A stretch of 62,201 nucleotides of DNA, filler included, from Choristocarpus tenellus KU-1152 (Eukaryota; Protista; Phaeophyceae), in the NCBI GenBank assembly GCA_964200185.2. It is 11 parts of 11 records of this genome, joined end to end, with 100 filler letters (N's around TTAATTAATTAA, not from the genome) between each part and the next. Parts side by side here need not be neighbours in the genome. Positions count along the whole stretch, not along the records: positions 48,214 to 62,201 come from CAXNAD020001309.1; 10 more parts are not named here. One strand, written 5' to 3'. Made by a program: the position numbers and the translations under genes. Shown one piece after another: positions 49,550 to 62,201 of this stretch (positions are counted from its first letter, which is position 1; each line of letters starts with the position of its first letter). The notes under the pieces were generated by a model. It did no database searches, was not told the DNA's origin, and worked only from the letters and a program-made list of their open reading frames with translations.

Positions 49550-52500
49550 TATTAGAACAGAACAAACACTAGGCTTGTGTGTGTTGATTTTCGACAAAGA
49601 TGAAGCAGCCCCACCTTTGATAACCTGCTCACTTGCTCAACTTCTGAATAGGTAACAACTACTAGTACAGATCAAAGGAAACGGGAATCCACCTTGGGCA
49701 TGGATCAACACAACCGTGGACACCAATGGCAAATGGTTGGATTGCCACAAAGCATGAATTTACCCAGTCCAGATTCCTTGAAGGAGGATGCACACACACA
49801 CTTGAGCGAATGGCATCGATAGAAGGAGATCCAAACACAGAGCTTGAAGGCCACAAAAACAAAGATTGAGAAGACAATGGGATGGGCACCTTGCAGACTT
49901 TGGTTTGGCACATATTAAAACACCAGTGGCAAGAAGCCACTGAGGAGCAGGTGCTAGATGCTCTTTAAAAGGTACAACGGTCTGGACAACCAATCAAACC
50001 CTTTACACGGAGGAGGACAAGGCTCCATTGAACGAACTAGTGAAGACTGGGAAACAGCCACCCTGTACAATGAGTATTATCCCATTAGAGAGGCACTTGA
50101 GAACCTCAATGAGGTGTTAGATCTTGTACTCGAACAAACCAAGAAGTCCTGCACTTTAGAGTGTGCTATGGAGTCTTGGGCTAAGCATGGCAGACCTGGT
50201 GCCAAGGTATATCTTCCGATGGAAACAAGGGCGTTGGTCGCCACAGGATGGAAAGCTCTCAACCTATGGTGCCCAGAGAGATCGATTCCCATTTTGGCAT
50301 CATATCTGAGGTCAGCAGGGCTACAAGGCAGCTCTATGTTGACCAAGGATGGTTACAATACCTTTGTAACAGCAACTACAAGTCAGGGAAGTAAAGCTGG
50401 GTGTGGCCATAGATTGAGGTCAAGACAGCCTGGTGGCACAGTTTGGGGGCCTTCTTGTGGACGAGGACAGATCAAGTCGTTTGAGGGCAGTTCAAAGCAC
50501 CCACAGTCATCAAAGGCAGTCCATTCCCCGGCCCCCGGAGTATCAGAGAGTAGGGACCGCTTCTGGTGCTACTGGCAAAGGTATGTACACCAGGAATACT
50601 GGTGCTGGTGTGAAGCATTTGACTCATACGCACGACCTCCTAACCCTACTACCTGGTACTGGCCTCTGGTTCCCCTACAGAAATCTTCAGTGTTAAGGAG
50701 GATCATGGTTAAGGAGGATCATGGTGAGAGAGCTCTGGCTACAATGGTCATTCATGTGGACCAAATGACCAGCCATGCTATTGCTCCAACTACCGAGATC
50801 AATATGGGCAAGGTACAAATGCATTTCACATCAAAATGTACCCTAGACACGAAGTCTATGGTCACTAGAATGTCAGGATGCCTGGCGAGGAAGCTGGAAT
50901 AACACCATGAGGTTGTACGTCTCACTCATCCCTGCCCCACTTTATATGTGAAGCACTATGATGGTCGTTAGAAAACCATTTAGGATTCAAACCACCTCGC
51001 AACCTGGTGCTCCAAACACCTCACAAGCAAGTGTAGCTCAGGAACCACATCGTGGCAGTCATTCAAAATTTATATCTTTAAACTGTTGAGATAACGACCC
51101 TTCAAGATATCCTTGAGCTGGTTTACAACAGAGAGTCTTGGCGTCCGTCAAGCAGCAAAGTTCTTCACCTATGGGCAGCCTTGATGGGGACGACATAGGG
51201 TGAATGTGGAGCACATGACTTGACCATCTGGGGCAGTCACTGGTGGACGTCAGTGCCAATTCTCTGGCCCCTCTCCTGAAGCAAGCTCTAGTGCTCATGC
51301 TGGAGTACAATGAAGAGAGTGAAAGCAGTGCTACCCATGAGGTCTCCCTGCAGCAAGTCCAAGCAGCTGATATTCCTCAGGAGGTTGTCCATAAGCACAT
51401 ACACATTGTCTTTTGACAACCTTCCATCCAATAGAAGTCTATGAGGATATTTAAGGTAGGGGCAAGGCCTTACAGGGTCAAGTCCCTCAACTACAACCCT
51501 CACCATCAGTTTTGTCTGGCTGGATTCATGGGATTGCTATTACAGAACGACCTCGTTAGATCTCGTTAGTAAGAAACAACATAGGTTCCTAGGCTGCTTT
51601 TTTCAGTTTTTTGAGAGGCAAAAATATACTTCATGTCAACTCTTTCTTACATCGCTTCGCCCTCACAATTTATCTACACTATATGATGCATTTTAAAGAT
51701 CAGGAGGTGCACAGTGGCGCTTGGAAGGTGAGCGGTCTGTTTTAGGGTTCAAGATCAGAGGTCCTATAATCACGCCCTGACAATATCCAATGAAGCATCA
51801 GATTCTTCTATGTGGTACCTGGGAACATTGAAATCTGACCTATGAGGGAATTTTCCGTTGTTCAAAGCTGTTCATGAGATAAATGCGATCCCACAGGGAA
51901 ATATCACAGATGGGGTTGTGAGGACTTTGCAGTTGGATAGATCATGGCAAAGTGCAAGCCCACTCTCACAGTGTATCAATGCAGAGTGGTGCTTTGGAAA
52001 GATTGGAACCCTTGCATTACACAAGTAAAATATTCTTCTTCAAGGGAGTCCTAGCAGCTCGATAGTGGTGTCTACAAGTTGAGAGGTCAGTCTGGGTATT
52101 GATCATTCAGGTTGGGGAAAACTTTAAGCTGATGACACCTAATGAAGCAACAGAGTCTATCATGTGGTAGTTGGGAATTGTGCTCAGTGCCTCACGGTCT
52201 CACCTTCACACGGTTCAAAGCCATGCACGAGATAGAAGCTATTCCCAACAGGGGCATCAAAATAGAGGTTCTGAGGACTTCACGACTGGAAGGATCATGA
52301 GGAACTGAATGCTCAGAAAGAACATGGGCAAGGAACCGAATGTGCGAAAGGAGGAAAAGACAAAGACCAAGTGCTAGCTTTGAGTGAAGCTGCCAAATAT
52401 GTCCATATGAAGGATGTTGAAGCTGAAGACGACCAAGAAGAGTGGAGAGAGCAACCTGAGGTAAAGTCTCATTGCTCCCCCAGGGCATGCGGATGACATT

Positions 52501-52699
52501 TCTCGAGTTTTAGATATTGAGGAGGAAGTAGAAGAGTATGATGAAGAGAAAAAGATAAGGTGAAGAGATTGATGGAGATATGAAAGCCAGTGTAGTTAGT
52601 AAATTTAAAAAGAAACAATGAGACTGCAGCACAAAACATTAGGCTTCGATTCTCCTGCGACCCAAACATGAATGAATGTAGCCTGAAAGGTCAGTCACA
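49550..52699 (+). mobile_element. Highly degenerate Ty3/Gypsy retrotransposon (RT-RNase H-integrase order), possible 3' LTR 52179-52699
   Basis: RT-like segments (LNEVLDLVLEQTKKSCTL, VAQFGGLLVDED, PQSSKAVHS), RNase H-like MVIHVD, an integrase-like region at 51040-51350 and a GPY-like PYRV near 51467. Motifs are heavily eroded. Confidence 0.55.
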
Positions 52700-54301
52700 T
52701 ACAGTATCATACAGGGACACATATTACCTAATGTCTCTCACCAGCACAATACACCAAATATATGTGCTCTCTATGCATTTTTATGCCTTATACCCCAAAT
52801 ACTTCAAATTGCACGTCATCTTGACTATAAATCTGTTTTTCTGAAGTTCTATATCGCTCCCAACAGCACCACCTATATCGACACAACCATCTTCACAAAA
52901 TATGCTTTCTGACAGTATATGGTTCCCAAGTAAACTGAAGAATATACCTGATTTTCCGAGGAATGTATAATTTCCACCCCGTTTCAACATTCTCAAAACA
53001 CCTATAATAACTTCACATCATGCTACCTATCACAATCCGATTTTCTGATCACATCACCAGACCCTTGCACTCTGCTTTCACCTCATACATTGTATATCCG
53101 ATTTCAGGTAGTCTAGTTGTGTTTTTCATATTTTCAGATCATGTTAGGAACAGGAGGAGTTTGTGATCCATGAATTGGTAAAACTTGCACTTTGCTCTTG
53201 GGTTTTGTAGATTCAGATTGAGGTTTCCAGATATTATGGTAGGGCTGCAACACCCACGCTTAATCACAACAAAACAATCACTCTATCAACCATACACTGC
53301 AAGCTCAGAGGAGAGTTCTTGGAGCGGTAGACTGACAGTAGTTACATTTCAATATTTCACAGTATCTCGAATAATGTTCAGAAAAAGAGTTAATAGTCGG
53401 CATTTTTTTCTATATTTAAAATATCTCTTTGGAGAAGAGGTTGCAATTCAAAGGGGAATCCATCAATGAAATATACTGTGAAATCATGCTGTTACTATCA
53501 TTTTTTGTCTGCCAGCAAAACAAGAACATCCTACGAATAAAAAAGTGGGTACAGGAAAGAACCTGACCATAGTGTTCCATGTGGCCTGCTTTGACTAAAT
53601 GTATCACCACGCTACTGCCATATGGCTGTTGGAAATATTATCAAAATAAAAGGATGTGATCGGAAATTGCAGCTCATCTGTACGCATCTCGAAATGCATT
53701 TTTGGTAGTCCACTGTAAAGTTAAAGAACCTACATAACACTACACCAATTTCCTGAAAAAGCTCTATTGCTACGCTGAACCTTATTACCTGCATAACAAA
53801 CATTTGGTACTAACCGGAGTACTCTGCCTGCAGTGTGTATCTTAACATTACATGAAGTACCCCTTTACGCATCTTAAGCAATATGCATCACCCCCCGCTC
53901 TATATTTGCATGTTCACTAAAACCGTTACACCTTAGCAAGCATCAGCGTTGTCTCTAGAATAACTTCAAAGGGATACCAAGGCATTTATCCCCCTCTCTT
54001 CCTCCCAACATCTCTTCTTGAGTCAAGCGTCAGCACCGTAAGGCAAAACATTTCCATGCCCTGCTCCTCAGGCATATCAGTGGTGTTTTGTCACAAGCCG
54101 AATCTACAAAATACACAAATACAGCAGACATCTGAAAGGCAACAAAAAATTCAAGAAACAAACCACAATTCGTCAGTTATCTGTTCCACTTGACATAAAA
54201 TGAATTCTAGCTAATATTTGCCTCATTCCTTGGTGCCATCCAGAACCCCACTTGAAGTATCATGGTCTAATAAAAATACATCATTATCATAGGTTGCTTA
54301 C

Positions 54302-57300
54302 CTGGTAGTACTCGATGGTGGTGATATTCTTGGAGACTAGGTATGCATGCCAGATTAAAAGGTACAACAAGCCAATGGACAAAAATGCCAATGAAAACCT
54401 GCTCAAACCCAGCAGAGATCGTTATCCATCAAACATGCGGGAGAGGGGGGTGTTACAGAGGCAAGGCAAGATATCACAAAATTTAAGGTAGAAAGGAGTA
54501 CAAAGGAAATAGTACGTAGTAATATGGATGCACAAAAAAAGTTGGAAGAATGGAGCATCTCCTATAATTCTTAAGAATTAGGCAACAATATATGTATATA
54601 TATTTGGAATTGTGGTGGCAAGAAGGAGAACATGGCGCTTGTTTAAGGTCCTAACTGTAGTGAAACCCAAGAAACAGGCCATCTAAGGGTCAATTCGTAG
54701 AAAATACTTCAACCCCCCCAACGTAGGATGGAGATCCAAAATGCTGTAAAATCTACAACAAGTCGATTCATCCCATGAATATATATCGAACGAAATATGA
54801 TGTTGAAAACCATTGATTAAGCTATTGTAGCACCTCCAGCTCACAATGCAAGGTGCAAAAGGATGCAGAATCTGGATAAGGGGAGTACTTACGTCTTTGG
54901 AGGCATTTTCTTGTTTTCATACTAACACCATTGTGTTGCCTATTCAGAACATGAAACCTATCTCATTGGAATCTTGATATACACAGGAATCATAGGATAT
55001 ATCTCAGGTGACTCAAATCATTATAGCTGGCAGTACACAAAATTCAAGGAAAGAAATGCTTAGAGTACTCTAAGTACTACTGGGTTATCTCTTAATATTA
55101 TTTTGTACATTTCAGGCTCAAGTGTCATCAGCCCCAACAGTGGCATTGCTTCCATCTTCCACAATCATTTTCACCTCATTATCCTTCCGTAAAATCTCCT
55201 CTTATTCCCCTTCCTGTAGAGAATTCATCAGTCTCAGCAACTCTTCCCTATGTTGCAGCTTGGCCAGGACATCTTTCAAGTTGGTTATGTCTCTCCAAAT
55301 ATATTTTCCTCTACATACTTATAGACATCTCCTAGGCATGGGCAACCAGCTTGCCACATTCCGCTGGTAACAATCCGCCAAAAATACAATCCCAGTTCTG
55401 GTCAAGCTAGAGAACCAATGAGAAATGATTCATCCATGTAGGCATGAGAGAGTTCCCTTCAATATCATCATTACGGGCCCCCCAATATTCAACCAGGAAC
55501 CTGCAAATATGTGCTTTCCTCTCCTCTGTCAGAGGAGGGACCTTGATTCAACTCCTTCTACAAACATGGTCAAAGCTTTATTAGGATGCCACCTAGACCC
55601 TTCGATGAGATCTCCAACCCAAACTTGGTCCAACTCAACAAGTCCTGACAGTAGGCGACATTTCCTCACGAGTGCTGAGTAGAAATGTAGTATTCCATCC
55701 TGTCGAGTTGGGGCTTCACAACCTTGCACCTCCTATCTGAGTCCACCTGAACACTCCCTCTCCAAAGTCCTGATATACTCAAGATCTCCCCTTCCTCTTC
55801 CCAAGTGTTCACAATGTAGATAACTATGTTTTCTCCCACTCCTACTATTTTTTGGATGGCCCCCATGACCTCAGTTTGGGCCATATGGTTGTTGCTGATG
55901 AATCTATAGTACAAGGTGGGCGGTACAAGTGCCTGCCCCTCCAAAAACACATCGCCACTGACCAATCTGACTTTTTCCACTTGATTCTGGCATCAGCTTC
56001 CCTAACCATTTGAGTATTATTTATGACAAAATCCACCACCTGTTTCTTCCTTGGTGCAACCATGCAGACCCTTGCCTGATCTTTGGTCAACCTCCCCCTC
56101 ATATTTTGAGGCATCCCCTCATTCGCAGGTGCCTCTGAGTCTGGCCCTCTTAACCTCTTGTTTTCCTTATTTGTCAGCCCAGGTATTCCTTGTGAGGCAT
56201 TGATAACTTGGGATTGGTATTGAGTTGCAAAAAAAATTCCCTGCAATACACTCCTGTTTTCCCTGACAAAACTATGACTTTCCCTGGTATCCTTGGCCAA
56301 CTAATAAAAAATGCACAGCTCGCAGTTCTTGCTGAAAGACACCCCTAGTCTTATTTGGACACCAACAACTGAATATTTAGGGATAGAGGTTGAGTAGTAC
56401 ACCAACTTCAAGCTGAAGTTGCAAGGTTTCATCCAATTCCTTGATCAAAAATGAAGACTAATATTATTACAGCTGACCAATTGACCCAATTTTTCCAAAT
56501 ACCTTCATTCTAAAAGTGCCTAGAAAGTGATACAAGCATATCCCAAAATTACTACATCCCTGCAACTCTTAAGGTTTTCACAGTCACACCCTCTGCCACA
56601 AAATGCTACCAAACCAGGCGCTGCATATCCACTTGAAAATAACTAGTCATTTCACATCTCAAGCACACAATATGAAGCTCATGGTCCTTGTCCTTGCAAA
56701 AGATGCAACCTGGCAATCACATCTGCAGTTATTTTCAACCAAGAGAAAACAAGCCAGGTCAGGATCACAACTCAAACCAATTCTACGAGTCAGGCACCCA
56801 CATCAAACAAAAACCTCACCTTGATCTCAAAATGAAAACCTATCGCTACTCTTTCAACCACAACTATGCTTGATGTTGAATCCCCTCCTCACACAAAAAA
56901 AACTGTGACAGTGAACCATGTTCAACTCTCAAGACCATCCCAAAACCACAACATCAACCTAGGCAGCACAGCGGTTACCCAGGCATCAAGTTTATAAACC
57001 TACCTAACCAATTGCACCTCTGCAACGGGGTGAAGGCAGAGCAAGACAAAAGAGACATCCATAGCACGATCGGCACCCTCACCATTCTAAAAAGACACTT
57101 ACCCATCCACTAACAGCACACCCAATTGCATCCATCCAACAAAAGGGTCTTCCCTTAAACGGCAGAATAAGAGCCAGAGCATTGACCATGATCCAATAGA
57201 TGAGTAAAATAGGGTCAGAAGATAAGCCTGTCAAACAGGGACAACAGGAAAGGTAGTGCAGTTGGGGGGTGGAGGGGTCAGGGTGTACTTCCCCTGTTCT

Positions 57301-59569
57301 CCCATTCTCAAACAATGTATAATACTCTGGTACTGTCATTAAACACTGCATACTAACTTGGAACACTCACAGTATGCATTCCTTTGTTCTTATAGAAGTT
57401 CAACAACACGCTCACTAACCTCTACCCCTGCTTTTCTTGTGGAATGTTGGTCATCGTGGCAAAGATTCCATAATACAACTTTCAAAATGAACAACAGCAC
57501 AATTACACTATTTTAGTACATCAGTGATCATTTTCTTCTAAAATAATACAATAATAGCAAGTAAAATCATAGTGAGGTCTAAAGTTTGAATCCCTCTTAA
57601 CACATTTTGGCAAGATGCATCCCTACATCAGTTCATCTATGCACTCGATGATGCACCTTTTCTTTTCGTCACCTACCCTTGTTGACAGAGACGAAGAGGT
57701 TTGAAAGGAAAATTGAACCTGGCGCAGGAAGGAAAGAGTATAGACAAGACAATCTAATATATCTGGAAAACTGTACATGAAAAGGGAGGTATGGCATCTG
57801 ATCTGATACATCTAACACACATATCTACTACCAATAAGGTGGGAATACAAATATATACCCAAAAAGACAGAAAGCTCACAAATAAAAAACCATACAAGAT
57901 CTGTATAGGAGTTACAGATAAAGATGAGGAGAAATGGTGCAGACCTCCCATATCAAAGATAAAACTCAAGCATGCATTCTGCCCCTACTGAGAATATCAA
58001 AATCCCCCCCCCTTGGACAAAACCGAAACACTTGTCTTCCTCAATGTTCATAGCATCAGCAAGTTAGAATATTTTACAAATTTACCAGGTCTTGCATCAA
58101 ATGAGTTGTATGCGTCTGCATCAAGTGGTTGACCCCTGTGCTTACCTTGTAGTTCCTCTGGCCAACACAACATCCTACCCAGTGGCAATGATGATCCATC
58201 TTCAACACACACCTGCCTCATTGAAGCACAAAAACAAAAACATTGACTACATATTTTGCCACATTGCACAGACAGGATCTTGAACACAAAAAATCCATTA
58301 TTCGAGGGGGATGGGAAAGGAGCAATGATGTGCTTGGACATTAACTTCTGAAAAAAATCTTGACTACAAGCATTTCATTATTGATGATAAAATGATCTAG
58401 TAGAGGTCAAAGTAGATATATACGAACCTCACAATTGTTGACACATTCGCATACAGACGTGAACCGAATAATGTATGTTAGGAAGTCAAAAAAGAGACAA
58501 ATCACAAATAGGTCGAGTTCAATAGTTGAAACGATCATTCATGCATTCCAACCCAGGTGAATTTTTTCGACAACATTCACATGTGTGGTAATCCAAGGCC
58601 TGCGCAAAGATTCAGAAAGAATAATCAGTAGTATATTTGGGCACAATTGAAGTTAAAAACCAACAACACAGTTTGCTAGTCCACATCATCAATCAATAGT
58701 TGGCAATTTATCTCCTCTCACAAAGACCATGTTCATGTTGGCGCACAAGCGCTCCAAAAACCTCCAATTTGCCAAGAGACTAGATTGGAAAGGTCTAGTA
58801 CAGGCATGAGCTTTGTTGGTATCTGAATGCGGACAAGCGCCCACCTCATGAGCCATACCTTTTGCACACGCGGCAGTGGTGACAGCGTAACGGCTTAGAG
58901 TGCCGGCAAGCAGAGCAGTATCGTGTGTGTCGAGGGTGAAACCCGCTTGAATGTGCAAGCCCCCCCACCTGCTGGTTGGCGGATTGTTGGGGATTTGCAG
59001 GAACAGGCGAGGAGACCTCCGTGAAAACAACATGAGAGGGAAGCAGAGGGATGCAACTTTCGGTCAGAGAAAGGAATGGGGTTAGAAACGAGAGATAGGA
59101 GTACATGTCTTGGATGCAAGAAAGGACTCATCTCACTGGTGGCTTTATCGTAAAGTGTCGGGCGCCATCAAAGGTTGATACTTCCAGCATAAGCTGATAT
59201 CGGGATGGACCAAGACTTGACCAGGTTAAGCTCGGTTTGTAGTGTCTGTCACCCAACAGCACGGTTGCTGAGCCAGCATTGTCGTCACATCGGGGTCGGT
59301 GACAAGCACAAACATGAATCGGCGTACATTGACGAACAAAATACCAGGCTAGTGTAAGTTCTACCTCTAATAATCTCTCCTTGGGAACTCTTCCCGGATC
59401 AGTTGTGGAGAGACAGATGAGGCAGACGCAGGCAAGACCTAGGACCGAGAGGAGACCAAGAGTGCGGACAACTGCATCCCGAGATCCATTTACACCAAAC
59501 ACCGGAAGGATGAGCACCCGCCAACCCAAAAGGAAATTCACCCCAGCGAAGGACAGAAATCCCATCAAC
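54302..59569 (-). CDS. DHHC-type palmitoyltransferase (protein S-acyltransferase); exons 59569-59365, 58968-58859, 58212-58146, 57227-57103, 54398-54302; possible first exon 59758-59745; 3' exon(s) unresolved
   Basis: The spliced product has TM1-TM2, [29 protein letters not shown]|[24 protein letters not shown]3-TM4 and [16 protein letters not shown] (TTxE motif). All four introns are GT-AG with consistent phases (0,2,0,2) and there are no stops. Confidence 0.93.
55110..56900 (-). mobile_element. Probable degenerate non-LTR retrotransposon fragment within the DHHC intron
   Basis: A series of interrupted minus-strand frames lies in a 2.7-kb intron. Only weak motif echoes are visible (KYSVVGV, GIPGL). 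Confidence 0.3.
58146..58212 (-). CDS. DHHC catalytic exon (not in the supplied ORF track)
   Basis: cag|G TGT GTG TTG AAG ATG GAT CAT CAT TGC ... AAC TAC AAG|gtaag. Confidence 0.93.
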
Positions 59570-60369
59570 CTGCCAATTAGACAGTAGCATGTTGTTTCGA
59601 TCTATGTACCACATCTGGTATAAGGTAGAAGTGATCAAGATAAGTCAGGGGATGTATCAAATCAGCACTCTTAATACAACAACTTTAAATACTTTATTTT
59701 CCCTCCACATGGAAAGGTTGGGGTGCCAGGTAACAACAGTTCACCTAGCAGAAGCCATGAAGAAAGGTAATTGATGTGTCTCCAACACAAATATTGTTGA
59801 TATGTTGTGATTAGGTGTGGTATTTTGGAATCATTGATGGTAGCAGTCTCTGTATTGTGACTTCTTGTCTTTTTAGTTGGTAGAATTTCTTCATTTAAAC
59901 AAAAAACAAAACAATAATTTGACATGGTTGGTGAAGAAAGAAGTGGAAAGGTCAATATTTCCAACCCCTTACATTGTTGAAGTTTAACTGTTACATCGTT
60001 TTCTCTATTTACTTTTGTTCAACCATGTATTTACCAATATAAGTATCCGTCAAAATACTTAAACAACGACACGACAACTTTCTCTTTTGCATGGTAAGAT
60101 ATGGTTGAGGAGGAAACCTTGATCGTAGGTTTCGGTTTTACAAAACATCAACACAACCTGTCACTTGACCAACTCATCCATCAGCAATGGTTTAGGTTCT
60201 GCTCCAGCCGAGGGGCGAAAGGGTACCCACTACAATAGTTGCAATTTGAACACCTTCACAACGGACAGCTTTGGACGCCTTCTTAAGCAATCACAGAGTT
60301 TCCTAGATAAGTTGATCACCCATTACATGCGTTAGGGGGTAGAGGCCTGGGGGGTATGCCCAAGACAAT

Positions 60370-62030
60370 CTCAAGAAAAACGGGGCAGTCTACACCTATC
60401 TATGATTCCACCCCCGCCATCCGTTCTCTACACAACTGCAGAAATTGTGGTTTTGTTCGGAGTTAAGTCCTCTAATACTCCATTCCAGGACAATATTTCG
60501 CCCCATCCACTAGGGCATTTGGGGGGAGCTTGCCCACCTTCTCAGCCTTTTACTTGCTAAGATGGAGAATTTTGAAGAAGTTGTCACCCTTGGACCCCAG
60601 CACTTCACCATAGACTGCGAAGAGGATCTACCAGACGCACTCTAGTGTCTCCTGGGGGTACACATCGAACACCTCCATTGTGACCTCCACCGGCTCCTCT
60701 GCGTTAGTCACCCCAACGTCTTCCTTCAGTGGCTGGATTGAACAAAAGAATCCCAGGTCATTGAGGCCGAGGTCAGGTGAGTTGACTGACTGGGTCTTTT
60801 TGATCATGTCATCCACCACCACCTCCTCGACTGCCTCCATGATCTCCCTTCATGGTGAGTGACTTTGCCGTCCTGCTTGCACGAAGATGGTATATCCTTC
60901 CAGCCTAGGCATGCGGGCCTTGATTTCCAGGATGACATACTTGATCATGAGCTTCTTATACCTCTCCCTGTCCACCGTGACTGGCACAAGCACCTTGGTG
61001 CCCTTAGACTAATGTTTGCTGGAGTGCTGATCGACCTTGGTGTCCACAATTAGCCAGTACCCAATTTTCACATCGAACCACACCCCTTCAGAGAGTTTCC
61101 TAGGGCAAACCACAGCCGCAAGGAGCATCATCTTCATAATACAACACTCCTCCTGTGCCCGTGGGGATTTGGGGGGATCCTCAGTGTGGTGCATGTACAC
61201 ACCTTGCTCGTCTTTGAGGATGTAAGAACACTTATCATCCATATGCACCCAGCAATATAGATCGTCCACTAATACCCCACTTTCCCCCCTCCTGTGCATG
61301 TGACTGATAACAATACCCACCCTGTTGACTTTCAGCTGGTTTGTGAGGGCTGACTCAATCCACTGCTTGACCTTCACCTTCTTGTGCTTGCACAGATCCC
61401 ACAACGAGGCAAGGGAGACCTCAGCTTTGGCCGCCCATTTGCAGAAGGATGTATGGTTGGTTATTGATGGAATGTCCCAAATGTTGAGGATACCTGTACT
61501 GCAGCCATATCACCCCTTGCAACATCGTACATGATCCATGCATTCACCCCGTGCAATCTGACTGTCATACTCCTTCAGATGACGGGAAAAGGTGATTCGG
61601 GGAATTCCGAAGTCCTCCACGATGGCCGCAACAGTCCCCTAAGGCATCTGAGTCTCGTGCCCTCTTACCTCTAGGCATTATGCCACCACAGTTTTCTTCA
61701 TCGGGGGTTTAAGTCTGGGCTCCAGACAGACTTCTGGACCGAACAATTGGGACTAACGGGCAATGAAAGGATAAGCAAGCCGCTCAAACGACAGGGGGCC
61801 TTCGTCCTAGGCATCCCAACAAACAACCTGCTTTGACAGTTTCAGGAGGTTTTTGAACACCGTCAAACTGGACTTGGCCGATTTTGCACTGGTGATCCTC
61901 CATAGCCATGACAAACCACCATCTCAAAAATTGCACGCTTCTCAATCTATATGAGAACTAAGCCTCATCCAGAGGAGTTATCACATGGGCTTGCAAAAGT
62001 TACATGGCATTTCATTCCGAACGGAGGAAG
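60370..62030 (-). mobile_element. Plant-type (DD39D-like) Tc1/mariner element with transposase pseudogene (about 60520-61700) and 5' TIR
   Basis: WVHMDDK, KMMLLAAVVCPR, WFDVKIGYW, QDG (frameshifted), QSVNSPDLGLNDLGFF. The terminus is TA|CTTCCTCCGTTCGGAATGAAATG. Confidence 0.9.
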
Positions 62031-62105
62031 TAATGCACACTATTTGCACACATTAGTTTGTTGCTCTCATGCTCCATCCCGCAACAACCATGATCCCAAA
62101 CTTCT

Positions 62106-62201
62106 GGCCCAAAGTATCTAGGGGGGGGGGGGGGGGGGGCCACCCCAGGTGACTAATTTGGAACAAAATGGGAAAAAGTGCAAGAAAATTTTCAACCACA
62201 A
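62106..62201 (+). mobile_element. MITE family B partial copy at window end
   Basis: GGCCCAAAGTATCTAGGGGG... Confidence 0.7.

Noticed and set aside
49958-50902. Longest ORF (314 aa) as a novel protein
   Set aside because: It is a mosaic of in-frame and out-of-frame pieces of a decayed Gypsy RT/RNase H.

Overview
Eukaryotic, transposon-dominated DNA. Spliceosomal GT-AG introns, CCCTAA repeats and the TE types suggest a stramenopile, probably a brown alga; the taxon is an inference. The window consists of 11 contigs joined by ten artificial 100-bp N44-TTAATTAATTAA-N44 linkers, so adjacency across linkers is not established. One clear host gene is present: a multi-exon DHHC palmitoyltransferase on the minus strand (54302-59569). 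The rest is mostly decayed mobile DNA: a tyrosine-recombinase (DIRS/Ngaro-type) retroelement, LINE, Copia and Gypsy remnants, plant-type mariner transposase fragments and a hAT-like element. The most notable system is two very abundant MITE families (A, about 258 bp, about 10 copies; B, about 185 bp, about 13 copies). They have unrelated cores but share a bipartite end motif (AAAGTATCT plus GTCCATTTGG) and show mixed 3-bp and 4-bp target duplications. Nearby lies an intron-rich Sola-type transposase pseudogene (27473-30571) that is their candidate mobiliser; that link is unproven. Nearly all ORFs in the supplied track are spurious or TE fragments. No CRISPR array, rRNA or tRNA was seen.
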